Positions 39,089 through 48,840 of a stretch of 64,000 nucleotides of DNA are shown in pieces. The notes beneath the pieces are model-generated. The model did not search any database. It worked only from the letters and a program-made list of their open reading frames with translations, and had not been told where the DNA came from. This DNA is from Dehalococcoidia bacterium (GTDB lineage: Bacteria; Chloroflexota; Dehalococcoidia; Lucifugimonadales; Australimonadaceae). Made by a program: the position numbers and the translations under genes. The stretch spans positions 985,076 through 1,049,075 of the forward strand of contig OZ220477.1 in the NCBI GenBank assembly GCA_965116015.1. The letters are read 5' to 3'. Positions within the stretch are counted from its first letter, which is position 1. Each line of letters starts with the position of its first letter.

Positions 39089-40453
39089 ATGCAACGGCGC
39101 GACAATCTTCAGGAAGCAGCCCTCGCCCATCTGTGGATGCCGACCCAGGACTGGAGCGAGCTGGCGGAGGACGGGGTTACGGTGATGACGGAGGGGGACG
39201 GCGTACGCATCCGGGACGCCGACGGGAACTGGGGCTACGACGGGATATCGGGGCTGATGCTGGTTAACGTTGGGCACGGACGCAAGGAGATTGTCGACGC
39301 CATCGCGGGGCAGCTTGGGCGGCTGCACTACGCGAATACGTTCAAGTACGGGGCGGAGCCGGTGATACGTTTCGCCGAGAAGGTGGCTTCGCTCACGCCG
39401 GGGGATCTGAATCGCGTGTACTTCACCAGCGGAGGGTCGGAGGCTGTCGAGACGGCGCTCAAGGCGGCCTACCGGTATCACTTCAACCGGGGAGAGCCTG
39501 GGAGGCGGAAGTTCATCGGGCGGGAGGGTTCGTATCACGGGACGACACGGGGGGCTTTGAGCGTTTCCACGTCGGGAGCGCTTGATCGTCCGAGCTACGA
39601 CGAGATTCTGCCTGACAATTTCCGGATGGCGCCGCAGCCGGCCTACCACCGGCGCGAGGACAGGTCGGAATCGCTGGAGGACTTCACGGCGCGCTGCGCG
39701 TTAGCGGTCGAGAGCATCATCCTGGAGGAGGGGCCGGAGACTGTGGCGGCGGTTATCGGAGAGCCGGTATCGTTCTCGGCGGGGGTGGCGGTTCCGGGGG
39801 AGGGGTACTGGCCGATGCTGCGGGAGATCTGCGATCGCCACGGCGTACTGCTCATCGCGGACGAGGTCATCACGGGGTGGGGTCGCACGGGGAGGTGGTT
39901 CGGGATGGAGCATTGGGGGGCGACGCCGGACATTATGACGATGGCGAAGGGGATTACGAGCGGGTACTTTCCTGTGGGGGCGTGCGTGGTTCGGGATGCT
40001 GTTTTCGAGGAGTTCAAGGGCGGGCCGGAGAAGACGTACCGCCACGGAATCACCTACGGGGGGCATCCTGCGGGCGGGGCTGCGGGGCTGGCGAACGTCA
40101 GCATTATGGAGCGGGAAGATCTCGTGGGGAACTCTGCGCGTATGGGCGAGAGGCTGCTGCGGAACCTCGAAGCGCTGCGGTGGCATCCTACGGTGGGCGA
40201 CGCGCGAGGGCTTGGGCTGATGTGCGCCGTCGATCTTGTGGCGGGAGAGGGTTCGCAGGAGGCGCTCAGCGATGTTCCGGGGGCGGCGAAGTTGCTCAAC
40301 CGGAAGCTTGCGGACGGCGGGCTGTTCATCCGGGCGGCGCGTCAGGCGTTCTTCGCGCCGCCGCTCACGGTTACGGAAGCTGATATCGACGATATGACTG
40401 CGATCTTCGACCGCGCCCTGACTGAGACCGAGCGCGAGCTCGGCCTCGCATGA
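39089..40453 (+). CDS. class III PLP aminotransferase
   Basis: SGGSEAVETALK, SYHGTT, LLIADEVITGWGRTG, MAKGITSGYFP, HGITYGGHP. Confidence 0.93.
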   Translation: MQRRDNLQEAALAHLWMPTQDWSELAEDGVTVMTEGDGVRIRDADGNWGYDGISGLMLVNVGHGRKEIVDAIAGQLGRLHYANTFKYGAEPVIRFAEKVASLTPGDLNRVYFTSGGSEAVETALKAAYRYHFNRGEPGRRKFIGREGSYHGTTRGALSVSTSGALDRPSYDEILPDNFRMAPQPAYHRREDRSESLEDFTARCALAVESIILEEGPETVAAVIGEPVSFSAGVAVPGEGYWPMLREICDRHGVLLIADEVITGWGRTGRWFGMEHWGATPDIMTMAKGITSGYFPVGACVVRDAVFEEFKGGPEKTYRHGITYGGHPAGGAAGLANVSIMEREDLVGNSARMGERLLRNLEALRWHPTVGDARGLGLMCAVDLVAGEGSQEALSDVPGAAKLLNRKLADGGLFIRAARQAFFAPPLTVTEADIDDMTAIFDRALTETERELGLA

Positions 40454-43238
40454 GGGGGCGAGGGGTTCGTTTCTGCACGGCGGCGTTTCTTCTGTGCGCG
40501 GTCATCGCCGTGTGCGCGGGGGCTTGCTCTGCGCCGACGCCTACCCCAACGCCGACGCCTACCCCAACGCCGACGCCTACCCCAACGTCGACGCCTACCC
40601 CAACCCCAACACCTACCCCGACGCCGACGCCTGTGCCGGCTACGTACTCCATTCTCTACGAAGCTGCGCGGTCGCTCAGCGGCGACAGGGGATTGGTGGA
40701 GACCGAACTCATCCTTTCGGTGACCAACACGGGGGAGCTCGACGGCGTGGACGTTCCTGTGAGCGTGTCGGTGAACGGTGAGGCGGCGCAGGCTGCGAGT
40801 CCGATTCCCCGGCTCTCCGCTGGGGAGTCGATGCCGCTTGTTATTCCGAGCGCGCTTCCGCCGGGGGAGCATCAGGCGCTGTTCCGCGTCGGGAACGAGG
40901 AGCTGGAGTCGACGGTTCGCGTCCTGGCGGCGGATCTTGGGATTGCGGTGGAGTATCACGCTATCGTCAGCGATGGGGTGATTACGGTTGAGGCGCGGAT
41001 CACGAACAGCGGCAACCTTGCGGCGGAGAGCGTCGTTGTCTCCGCCGCGTGGACGCCGCAGGAGGGAGCGGAGGGGATGGAGGGCGCCGAGGAGAAGGCC
41101 GCCGTGCTCGCCGCGATCGGTCCTGGGGAGAGCCGCGACGCTGTGCTTGCGCTAGACGTCCCCACTGGGGCGTACGACCTTGCGGTTGCTGTCGCGACGC
41201 AGAGCGTCGAGGCCGACGCCGACGACAATGCGGCGGAGTATCCGCTTGAAATCGAGTACGCGCTCCTTGATGTCGGCGTGGGCGAGGCGGAGACGACAGG
41301 CTACGAGACTGACGGCGACGGGGTTGTCCGTGTCGGCGTGCGGATCGCCAACGCGGGGGTCGCGGACACGGGGGCGCTTACGGTCGGGGCGAGGTGCGGC
41401 TCTGACGGCGCTGAGCCGTCGTGCGGCGCGACGACCGAGATTGCGTCGCTTTCGCCCGGCGGGAGCGCGGATGCTGTGCTGTCGCTGTCGCTGCCGCAGG
41501 GGAGACCGTCCTCACAGTGTTCGCGGGCGCCGACGAGGACACGTACCGCTGGGGCGAGCGCAACACAGTCGAGTACGCCGTGCGCGTGCCCGAGAAGCCG
41601 GCGATCGATCTCTCGCTTGCGGCGTCGGTGGAAGTGAGCGGCTACTGGTCGGACGGCACAGCTGATGTCGAGGCGGCTGTAACCGTGCGAAACGACGGCT
41701 ACCAGCCTGTCGACGGTCCGCTGAGCGTGACGATTGCCTGCGCGCCTGAGGGTTTGGACGCGCTGGACGGCGATTCCGTGCTGGACGATTGCGGCGGAGT
41801 TGCGGGGGTTGCGCTTGCGGACGGTTTCGGGCCCGCGACGGTTGCGTCGACTGTGCGCGTTCCGATGGGGACGGCGGTGTGGGCGTCGCTGGCGGGGGGA
41901 GCGGAGGCGGCGTTCGGGGCTGCTGTTCCTGAGCGCATCGTCGGGGTCGAGCGCGAGGTCTGGGAGTGCTACAGCGATCGCCCGGCGGCGAAGCCTACGC
42001 GCGAGAACGACTTCCGGGGCGGGTGCGGCGGGTGGCAATCTCCGAGGATTGTGAAGTGGGATCACGACGAGCCGGTGCGCGTTTGGGCGGATCCGACGGG
42101 GAACTGGCAGTACATCGCGATCCTGGAGGAGACGCTTGATGAGCTTGCGCCGTTGCTGAACCTTGAGTTCGAGTGGGTAAGCGACAGCGCGGATGCGGCG
42201 CTTAAGGCGTATGTTGGCGTGCCGTCCAGCCGCAACGCGTCCATCGACTTCCCTGACTACTGCGAGGATGCAGCCGGTTGCGGCGGTCCGGATTTCATCA
42301 GGAACGGGCTGATAATGAGCGCCACCCTAAGCGTGTGGTTGGACTGGGACGACGACAGGGTTGAGATCAAGCACATAACTATTCACGAAGCTCTTCACGC
42401 CCTCACGAACGTACATCATCCGGCCAACCCTCTCAGCATGATGTCCATCAGGACTGCGCTTCGTCTTGACCGCCTCCTCAGCTTCGACACGAAGCTGTAC
42501 GAGCTGCATAGCAACCCGCTCGTCGAACCTTACATGACGATGAACGAGGTCGAGGCGCTCATCGTGTTCGCCGACGAGTTGCTTGACGCTCCGCTCAAAG
42601 AGACGGGCGCGGAGAGTGGACTCCGGCTTGCTGAGCTTGCCTACGCGGCACTCATCGACGCGGGGTCCGCGCGCTTCCGCGTCAAGGGGCACTGGGGAGA
42701 CAGCCGCGGTTGCCGCAGCGGCACGTTCTCCGGCGTCCATACGCTTGGGAATCTTGGCAACGGGGCTCCGCGCATCACTCGATTCGACAGCGGGCGGGAG
42801 AGCGTCATCGTGCATTATTCTGAGAACGGAGGTTGGCGCTACTGGTGGAACCAGCGAGGTGCGTGGCGTGAAGTGGACAGCATCTCCAGTGCTGGAATCC
42901 GCTGGCGCTCTGCCTACACTGACCCTGTCGATATGCTCATCAGCATTCTGCGGTACGCGGATGAGGAGGACATCGGGGTTTATGCGCTTCCATCGGGCGC
43001 GGCTCAGTTGGACGTAAATCTGGATGCCGCGAGGGCGAGTCCTAGCTGGGCGAGCGGTCTGACTCTGCAAGTGAACATCACGCTGGATACGGAAACGTAC
43101 GAGATACAGGATTACGAGATGCGGTGGGACTTCGACGTATCCGGCCTTTTCGGCCTTTCGTGCTCCGCTTACGAGGCGCGCGGCTGGAACGAGGGGTATG
43201 GGGTCAGGATATCCTTGCCCGCCGGAATCGCCGGCTAG
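40450..43238 (+). pseudogene. frameshifted lipoprotein: lipobox, PT linker, CARDB/Ig-like repeats, zinc metalloprotease domain
   Basis: Signal peptide ending AGAC; repeated VTNTG/ITNSG/IANAG/VRNDG motifs; HEALHALTNVHH. The two ORFs join if G4 at 41499-41502 is G5 (LPQG-ETVLTVF). May be a sequencing error. Confidence 0.72.
40534..40632 (+). repeat. 18-bp tandem repeat encoding a Pro-Thr linker
   Basis: CCGACGCCTACCCCAACG units, about 5.5 copies, degenerating 3'. Confidence 0.9.
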
Positions 43239-43343
43239 GGGGGCGCGGTCGCGGGGAGCGTCGGCGGCGCGTCGAGGGGGAGGCTGGGAGTGGGAGGGGG
43301 TTCGGCTGGTAGAATCGGGCAAGCTCAGCGAGAGGAGCGCGCT

Positions 43344-43691
43344 ATGGCCAACTATATCCTGCTGATGAACCTCACGCGCGAGGGGCAGGAGTCCCTTCTG
43401 GCGAATCCTGATTTCATGGTGCAGGCGGCGTCGGAGACGGAGGTTCCGGGGGTGCAGGGGCTGGGTCTGTACGGGGTGCTCGGGCCGTACGATTTCGTGA
43501 ACATCATCGAGGCGCCGGACAACGATGCGGCGGCGCGGTATTCGATACGGCTCGGGGTGAATGCAGGGGCGCATATCACTACGCTTCCCGCGGTGCCGAT
43601 CTCGCTGCTGCACGAACGGGAGCGGGGAGCGTCGCCGGAGCTCTCGAGCGGGGTCGAGCTCAACCCGGGGAGCCTCCCGGGGGTCAACTGA
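43344..43691 (+). CDS. GYD-domain protein
   Basis: MANYILLMNLT.EG, LGPYDFV.IIEAPD, TTLPA; GAGGAG RBS. Confidence 0.85.
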   Translation: MANYILLMNLTREGQESLLANPDFMVQAASETEVPGVQGLGLYGVLGPYDFVNIIEAPDNDAAARYSIRLGVNAGAHITTLPAVPISLLHERERGASPELSSGVELNPGSLPGVN

Positions 43692-43785
43692 CGGGGTCGT
43701 GGTCTGGGTGTGGGGGCGGGAGCATCGGGCTGGGCAGCAGGCGTGTGGGAGCGTCGGGGCGGGGTCGGAGGGGCCGCGGGGCGCG

Positions 43786-43814
43786 TTGACGCTCGGGGGC
43801 GCCGCTGGTAGGCT
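43786..43814 (+). promoter_or_regulatory. sigma70-type promoter of the thrC-like operon
   Basis: TTGACG-17nt-TAGGCT about 105 nt upstream of the ATG. Confidence 0.6.
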
Positions 43815-43918
43815 AGGATGCAAGCCGAGATGAGAGTTCCCGCTCTTTAGGGCGGGTGTATGGCGCATGCGGAGTAGGCTAACCGCCGCACGCGCCGTTG
43901 TTTATGAAGGGGGTTGCC

Positions 43919-45145
43919 ATGGCGTACACCGCCGCTCTGCGCTGCAAGGAGTGTTCCCGCGAGTATCCGATCAGCGCTTTCAATGTTTGCGATTTCTGTT
44001 TTGGTCCGCTCGAGGTGGTCTACGACCTTGATGTGATTGCGGAGCGTACGAGCCGCGAGCGGATTATGTCGGGGCCGCAGAGTTTGTGGCGCTACGCGGA
44101 TTTCCTTCCGGCGGACTACAACCCGGCGATCGATATCAACGCGGGGTTCACGCCGCTGATACGGTCGCGGCGGCTGGCGGAGCGTCTGGGTCTGCGGGAG
44201 CTTTGGATAAAGAACGATAGCGTGAACCCGTCGTATTCGTTCAAGGATCGGGTTGTGGCTGTGGCCTCGGCTATGGCGCTGCAGCTTGGGTTCGACACTA
44301 TCGCTTGCGCGTCGACGGGGAATCTTGCGTGCTCGGTGGCGGCGCATGCGGCGCGGGCAGGGCTCGAGGCGTACGTGTTCATTCCGTCCGACCTCGAGAG
44401 GGGGAAGGTGCTCGGGGCGGCTGTCTATAATCCGACGATGGTGGCTATCGACGGTAGCTATGATGTGGTGAACAAGCTTTGCAGCGAGCTTGCCGACCAG
44501 TATCGCTGGGCGTTCGTCAACATCAATGTGCGGCCGTTCTACGCGGACGGTAGCAAGACGCTGGGGTACGAAGTGGCGGAGCAGCTGGGGTGGCGGGCGC
44601 CGCAGCATGCGGTGGCGCCTTCGGCGTCGGGGGCGATGTTCACGAAGATTCATCAGGGGCTGAAGGAGTTCGAGCGGGTGGGGCTGATCGGCGGGGTGGA
44701 GACGCGGATGCACTGCGCGCAGGCGCGCGGGTGCTCGCCGATCGCTTCCGCGTACGAGAAGGGGAGCCTTACTATCGAGCCTGTGAAGCCGGACACGATC
44801 GCGAAGTCGCTTGGGATCGGGAATCCGGCTGACGGCTACTATGCGCTGAAGACGATCGAGGCGTCGGGGGGCTCGGCGGTGATCGCGGAGGAGCACGAGG
44901 TGGCGGAGGGCATCAAGCTGCTGGCGGAGACTGAGGGGATCTTCACTGAGGGAGCCGGGGGGGTGGCGGTCGCGGGGCTGAAGCGCCTGGTGGAGCGGGG
45001 GGAGATTGGGCCGGACGAGTCGACGGTGGTGTACATCACGGGGAACGGGCTGAAGACTACGGAGATTGTGGCGGATGTGGTGAATCCTGTGCGGATCGCG
45101 CCGACGGTGTCAGCGTTCGAGGAGGCGATGGCCATCCGGGCCTGA
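43919..45145 (+). CDS. thrC: threonine synthase-like PLP enzyme
   Basis: N-terminal CKEC/CDFC, GFTPL, NPSYSFKDR (PLP Lys), CASTGNLA, GSKTLGYE.AEQLGW, ITGNGLKT. Confidence 0.88.
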   Translation: MAYTAALRCKECSREYPISAFNVCDFCFGPLEVVYDLDVIAERTSRERIMSGPQSLWRYADFLPADYNPAIDINAGFTPLIRSRRLAERLGLRELWIKNDSVNPSYSFKDRVVAVASAMALQLGFDTIACASTGNLACSVAAHAARAGLEAYVFIPSDLERGKVLGAAVYNPTMVAIDGSYDVVNKLCSELADQYRWAFVNINVRPFYADGSKTLGYEVAEQLGWRAPQHAVAPSASGAMFTKIHQGLKEFERVGLIGGVETRMHCAQARGCSPIASAYEKGSLTIEPVKPDTIAKSLGIGNPADGYYALKTIEASGGSAVIAEEHEVAEGIKLLAETEGIFTEGAGGVAVAGLKRLVERGEIGPDESTVVYITGNGLKTTEIVADVVNPVRIAPTVSAFEEAMAIRA

Positions 45146-45150
45146 GCGTT

Positions 45151-45396
45151 ATGGCGGCGATGCAGCGCGTGCGGTTCACGTTTCCCGACAGGCTTATCAA
45201 GGAGCCTGTTGTGTATCGGATGGGGCGCGATTTCAGCGTTGTGACGAATATCCGTCGCGCGGATGTTCAGGAGAGTATCGGGTGGGTGATTCTTGAGGTT
45301 GAGGGGGAGGTTGAGGAGATAGAGCGCAGCCTTGAGTGGGTGCGGTCGCAGGGCGTGCGGGTGGATCCTGCGCTGGGCGATTTGGTGGAGCCGTAA
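45151..45396 (+). CDS. NIL-domain protein
   Basis: FTFP..LIKEPVVY...VVTNIRRADV...GWVILEVEG...GVRVDP. Confidence 0.85.
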   Translation: MAAMQRVRFTFPDRLIKEPVVYRMGRDFSVVTNIRRADVQESIGWVILEVEGEVEEIERSLEWVRSQGVRVDPALGDLVEP

Positions 45397-45417
45397 TTTA
45401 TGGGAGGACACGAAACG

Positions 45418-45696
45418 ATGAGCGTTATGGTGCGCATACCTGGGCCTCTGCGGCGCATGACGGACGGCGCCGACAAGGTGCACGTCGACGCGGATGATCT
45501 GAGCGGTCTTATTGCGGCGCTTGAGGATCAGTATCCGGGGATGAGGGAGCGGTTGCTGGACGAGAATGGCGAGGTGCGCTATTTCGTGAACTTGTATCTG
45601 AATAACGAGGATGTGCGGTTCCTCGGGGGACTCGGCGCGGCGGTTAAGCCGGGCGACGAGGTGAGCATTGTGCCCGCGGTGGCGGGCGGGGCGTAG
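45418..45696 (+). CDS. MoaD/ThiS/CysO-family sulfur carrier ending -GGA
   Basis: VRIPGPLR, FVNLYLNNEDVRFL.GL, IVPAVAGGA*. Confidence 0.9.
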   Translation: MSVMVRIPGPLRRMTDGADKVHVDADDLSGLIAALEDQYPGMRERLLDENGEVRYFVNLYLNNEDVRFLGGLGAAVKPGDEVSIVPAVAGGA

Positions 45697-45783
45697 CCTC
45701 CGGTCGGGGCGCCGCCCCGCCGGCGAGGCGCATCGCCGACTCCCCTTCCCGTCCGCGTTGCGCGCGCGGGCGACAGGAAAGTT

Positions 45784-46491
45784 GTGACGCAGCCGCCATC
45801 GAATGACGACAATCTTTATACGGAGCGGGAGCTCGCGGAGATCGACGAGCTGAATCGCGCGACTCGCAGCGACGGGGGGTTTCTGCAGAGCCGCTGGTGG
45901 AAGCGGATCGGGATCGCGTTCGCTGTTGTTATTGTGGCGTCGTTCGCGCTGCCGATTGTCGCCGGACTGGGGAGCGGCGGAGGGGGCGGAGGGTCGTCTG
46001 ATCTTGCGCCGGCGGAGAGTCTTGCTGTTCCGGATTTCGCGTTGGAATCGGCGCAGGGGGGAGTTGTGCGGTTGTCGGAACGGGCGGGGGCGAATTCGGC
46101 TGTTGTGCTTGTGTTCTACCGGGGGTATTTCTGAGGGATCTGCCGCAGCCAGCTCGGTGAGTTGGAGGAGGCTTACGAGGGGATTCGGAAGCTGGACGCC
46201 GAGCTTCTTGTGATCAGTACGGATACGGTTGAGGATGCGCGGCGGATGCGCGATGAGGTTGGGGCGTCGTATCCGGTGCTGGCGGATCCGGACGCGGAGG
46301 CGGCGTCGACGTACGGGATTTTCGATCTGCTTGGGGACGGGGTTGCGGCTCCGGCGACGTTCATTATCGCGGGCGGGGGGCTTGCGGCGAGTCACGTGGG
46401 GCAGGACATCGGGGATCGGGTGTCGGGCGCGGGGATCGTTCAGGCGCTGCGTGAGCTAGCGGGTGCGGGGTCGTCGGGGCGGGCGGGTTAG
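45784..46491 (+). CDS. membrane-anchored AhpC/TSA peroxiredoxin-like selenoprotein (UxxC), Sec at TGA 46132-46134
   Basis: The two track ORFs are in one frame; reading through gives PDFALES...VLVFYRGYF-U-GICRSQLGEL...LLVISTD...YPVLADPD...PATFII; hairpin just 3' of the TGA. Confidence 0.85.
46135..46172 (+). promoter_or_regulatory. putative bacterial SECIS element
   Basis: Stem CCAGCTC-GGT-GAGTTGG (46149-46165) starting 14 nt after the UGA, G-containing apical loop. Confidence 0.65.
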
Positions 46492-46846
46492 GGCGGGGGG
46501 TGATTGACTCTATGGAGTAGTCCATGCCCCGGGATTGGCACCAGAGCTCCGCTGCCCTGCGCTTTCGCTGCACATCCGGGGAATCCGCCATGTTCGCCGC
46601 TTTGACTTCGATGAGGGCGAGCGAGCCATCCGTGTACTCAACGAGGAAGTCGGGGCGGTAGGAATGCTGGCGGTGGCGGTTGTCCACCCAGCCAATCGTG
46701 ATGCGGTGGCGCTTTGTCCACTTGCAGACAGTAGAATCTGCTTCGAGGCGGTCCATCATAAGCCGCTCGTGGCCAGAGTCGTAAACTTCGAAATTCCAGG
46801 CGCTCTTCTTCGGCTGCTCGTAGTTTCCGCGCTCAATTCCCGGCAT
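46364..46846 (-). CDS. TnsA N-terminal-like PD-(D/E)xK endonuclease
   Basis: YDS..E...M..LE.D, YRPDFLVEY.DG...LIEVK; overlaps the res gene stop. The true end may be TAA at 46488 if G6 at 46495-46500 is G7. Confidence 0.8.
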   Translation of the reverse strand: MPGIERGNYEQPKKSAWNFEVYDSGHERLMMDRLEADSTVCKWTKRHRITIGWVDNRHRQHSYRPDFLVEYTDGSLALIEVKAANMADSPDVQRKRRAAELWCQSRGMDYSIESITPRPNPPAPTTPHPLAHAAPERSPRPTPDPRCPAPRDSPQAPRPR

Positions 46847-48836
46847 GCTCGATCATTCCTCCTATGATGTCGGTGCGTCCGGTGAGGAGCTTCTCCATTT
46901 CGTTGAGACGGGGAAGGGCGCGGCGAAGGGCAGCGTCTTCCGCGAAAGCGAGAGGCTCGCCATCAAGAAATCGCTGTTCGAAGTGCTCGCGCAGCGGCTT
47001 GTCCACCCAGCGGCGCATATGGGCGGAATAGCCCGCGTCAATCGTTGCTTGCTCTCCTATCTGACGCAGGCGTTCGCGTATCTTCTCTTTAGCTCCTTCC
47101 GTGGAGAGGGTCTCCTCTTCTGCAGCAATTTCCGCAGGAGCGCTCATGCGCCTCGTCCAGCCCCCTGAGGCAAGCTCTCGGCCAATCACTCCTGAGAGCT
47201 TCACTTCGGTGATTTCCACTGCCTCGGGACTGTATTCGAGCGAGGCAAGCAGGTCAGCCCAATCGCGAGCGGGCTTGGGCGGCCGGGTCACGACAACTGG
47301 GTCCAGCGTGGGTTCGGGATCCGAAGGTTCAGGAATCGTGATGATTAAGTCGGTATTGACGATTTTCTGCGGGGGAGGAGAGTCGCCGCGCTCCTCCCGT
47401 TCGTCGAACTCCTGCTGTACGCCTACGTTCTTGCGAACGCGCGCACCCAAGAGATCCCACAGCCACTCATGATCCAGTTTCTCATGGTCAACCACCGCGC
47501 ATATCTGCGGTTCGTTCGGTGCGATATCCGGATGGCGCACACGGCGCAGGCCCCGCCCGATAATCTGAGGGCCGTAGACCGTGCTTCCGATCTTCCGCAG
47601 CAGCAGGATGACCGCCACTTCGGGCACGTCCCAGCCTTCGCGCAGCATTGCGACGCTCACTACTGCGTCGTACTTCCCGCTACGCCCGATTGCTGCAGCG
47701 TGGGCGCGCGCGCTTTCATCCTCGTCCTCGGTTACGACCAAGGCGCGCAGATTGAACTCATTCGTCAGCACTTGGGCTGCTTTCTTCGCATCCGCCTTGC
47801 AGACCGCTACTACGAAGAGCACGGGGCTGTAGCGCCCTGCCGCATTCCGTCTCGCTTCCTGCAAGCGATTCAGCGCGATGCTGATCTGCTGGCTCATCGG
47901 CTTGGAGTCCGTTACCCATTGCGTAGCGCTCAGGCCGGCCTTGTCCACTTCGTCCCAATCGATTTCTTCCACTCTCCGATGTTCGCCGGTTACCGCATCC
48001 GTATAGGTCAGTTCCACTGCGTCGATGTTTGGCTGGTAAACAACGGGTTTGGCGATGACGCCATCGTTCAGCGCTTTTGGAATGTCGTACTCGTAGATCA
48101 TCTTGCTGTCGGGGGCTTTGCCATCAGCGCGGTCGGGCGTTGCAGTGGTGTCGAGGCGGAACGAGTAGCCTGCGTGCTCGCGTAGCTCCGACAACGTGCG
48201 GTAGTACTCCGGCGCGGGGGAGTTGTGCGCTTCGTCGTTGAAAATAGCGAACGGCGTGCTCTGTGCGCCGAAGAGGGCCCAGAGATTCTCCTGCCCGGTT
48301 TTCGACGATTTGTAGAACTGGTGAATATTCGCCAACACCACGTTGGAGCCGAACAGATCGGTCGCGGAGGCTCTGGAAGATCCTCCCAATGTGGTGAGCG
48401 CAAAGGGGTTCGCGGCAAACGGGGCGCCGGGCGGGATTAGGTTTCGGTCGGTAAATATCTTGCCTTGAGTGAAGTCTGCCTCCAGGCGGTCGCGCACAAT
48501 GAGATTCGGGCAGAGAATGAGGAAACGCTGCACGTTGTGCGCAAGGCGCAGCCAAACCATCGTTGCGGCGATGAGGGCTGTCTTTCCTCCACCCGTTACG
48601 ATGTTCAGCAGCAGTCCGTCTTCCCAGAAATCACGACGCCCAACCTCACGCGAATAGATGACGCGCAGCAAAGCGTCCCACTGATGAGGCCAAAGCCCTC
48701 CCGCCCGAGGCCGCAGTTCGTCCTCAGGGTCGGCGAGAAACCGCAAGTACTCTTGGGTCGCGTCGTGGGATGGTGCGAAGTGGCCAGCCACCCAAATTCC
48801 GAAGTCGCTCTCGTAGCCCTCGAATACGTTCTGCAT
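46833..48836 (-). CDS. type III restriction Res-like SF2 helicase subunit
   Basis: LWPHQ, TGGGKT, CPNLIV.DRL, NDEAH, TATP, MLREGWDVP, QIIGRGLR. Confidence 0.85.
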   Translation of the reverse strand: MQNVFEGYESDFGIWVAGHFAPSHDATQEYLRFLADPEDELRPRAGGLWPHQWDALLRVIYSREVGRRDFWEDGLLLNIVTGGGKTALIAATMVWLRLAHNVQRFLILCPNLIVRDRLEADFTQGKIFTDRNLIPPGAPFAANPFALTTLGGSSRASATDLFGSNVVLANIHQFYKSSKTGQENLWALFGAQSTPFAIFNDEAHNSPAPEYYRTLSELREHAGYSFRLDTTATPDRADGKAPDSKMIYEYDIPKALNDGVIAKPVVYQPNIDAVELTYTDAVTGEHRRVEEIDWDEVDKAGLSATQWVTDSKPMSQQISIALNRLQEARRNAAGRYSPVLFVVAVCKADAKKAAQVLTNEFNLRALVVTEDEDESARAHAAAIGRSGKYDAVVSVAMLREGWDVPEVAVILLLRKIGSTVYGPQIIGRGLRRVRHPDIAPNEPQICAVVDHEKLDHEWLWDLLGARVRKNVGVQQEFDEREERGDSPPPQKIVNTDLIITIPEPSDPEPTLDPVVVTRPPKPARDWADLLASLEYSPEAVEITEVKLSGVIGRELASGGWTRRMSAPAEIAAEEETLSTEGAKEKIRERLRQIGEQATIDAGYSAHMRRWVDKPLREHFEQRFLDGEPLAFAEDAALRRALPRLNEMEKLLTGRTDIIGGMIEHAGN

Positions 48837-48840
48837 TGGA

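Noticed and set aside
46364-46846. Tn7-like transposon (tnsA)
   Set aside because: No tnsB/C/D or transposon ends; the ORF is coupled to the Res helicase.
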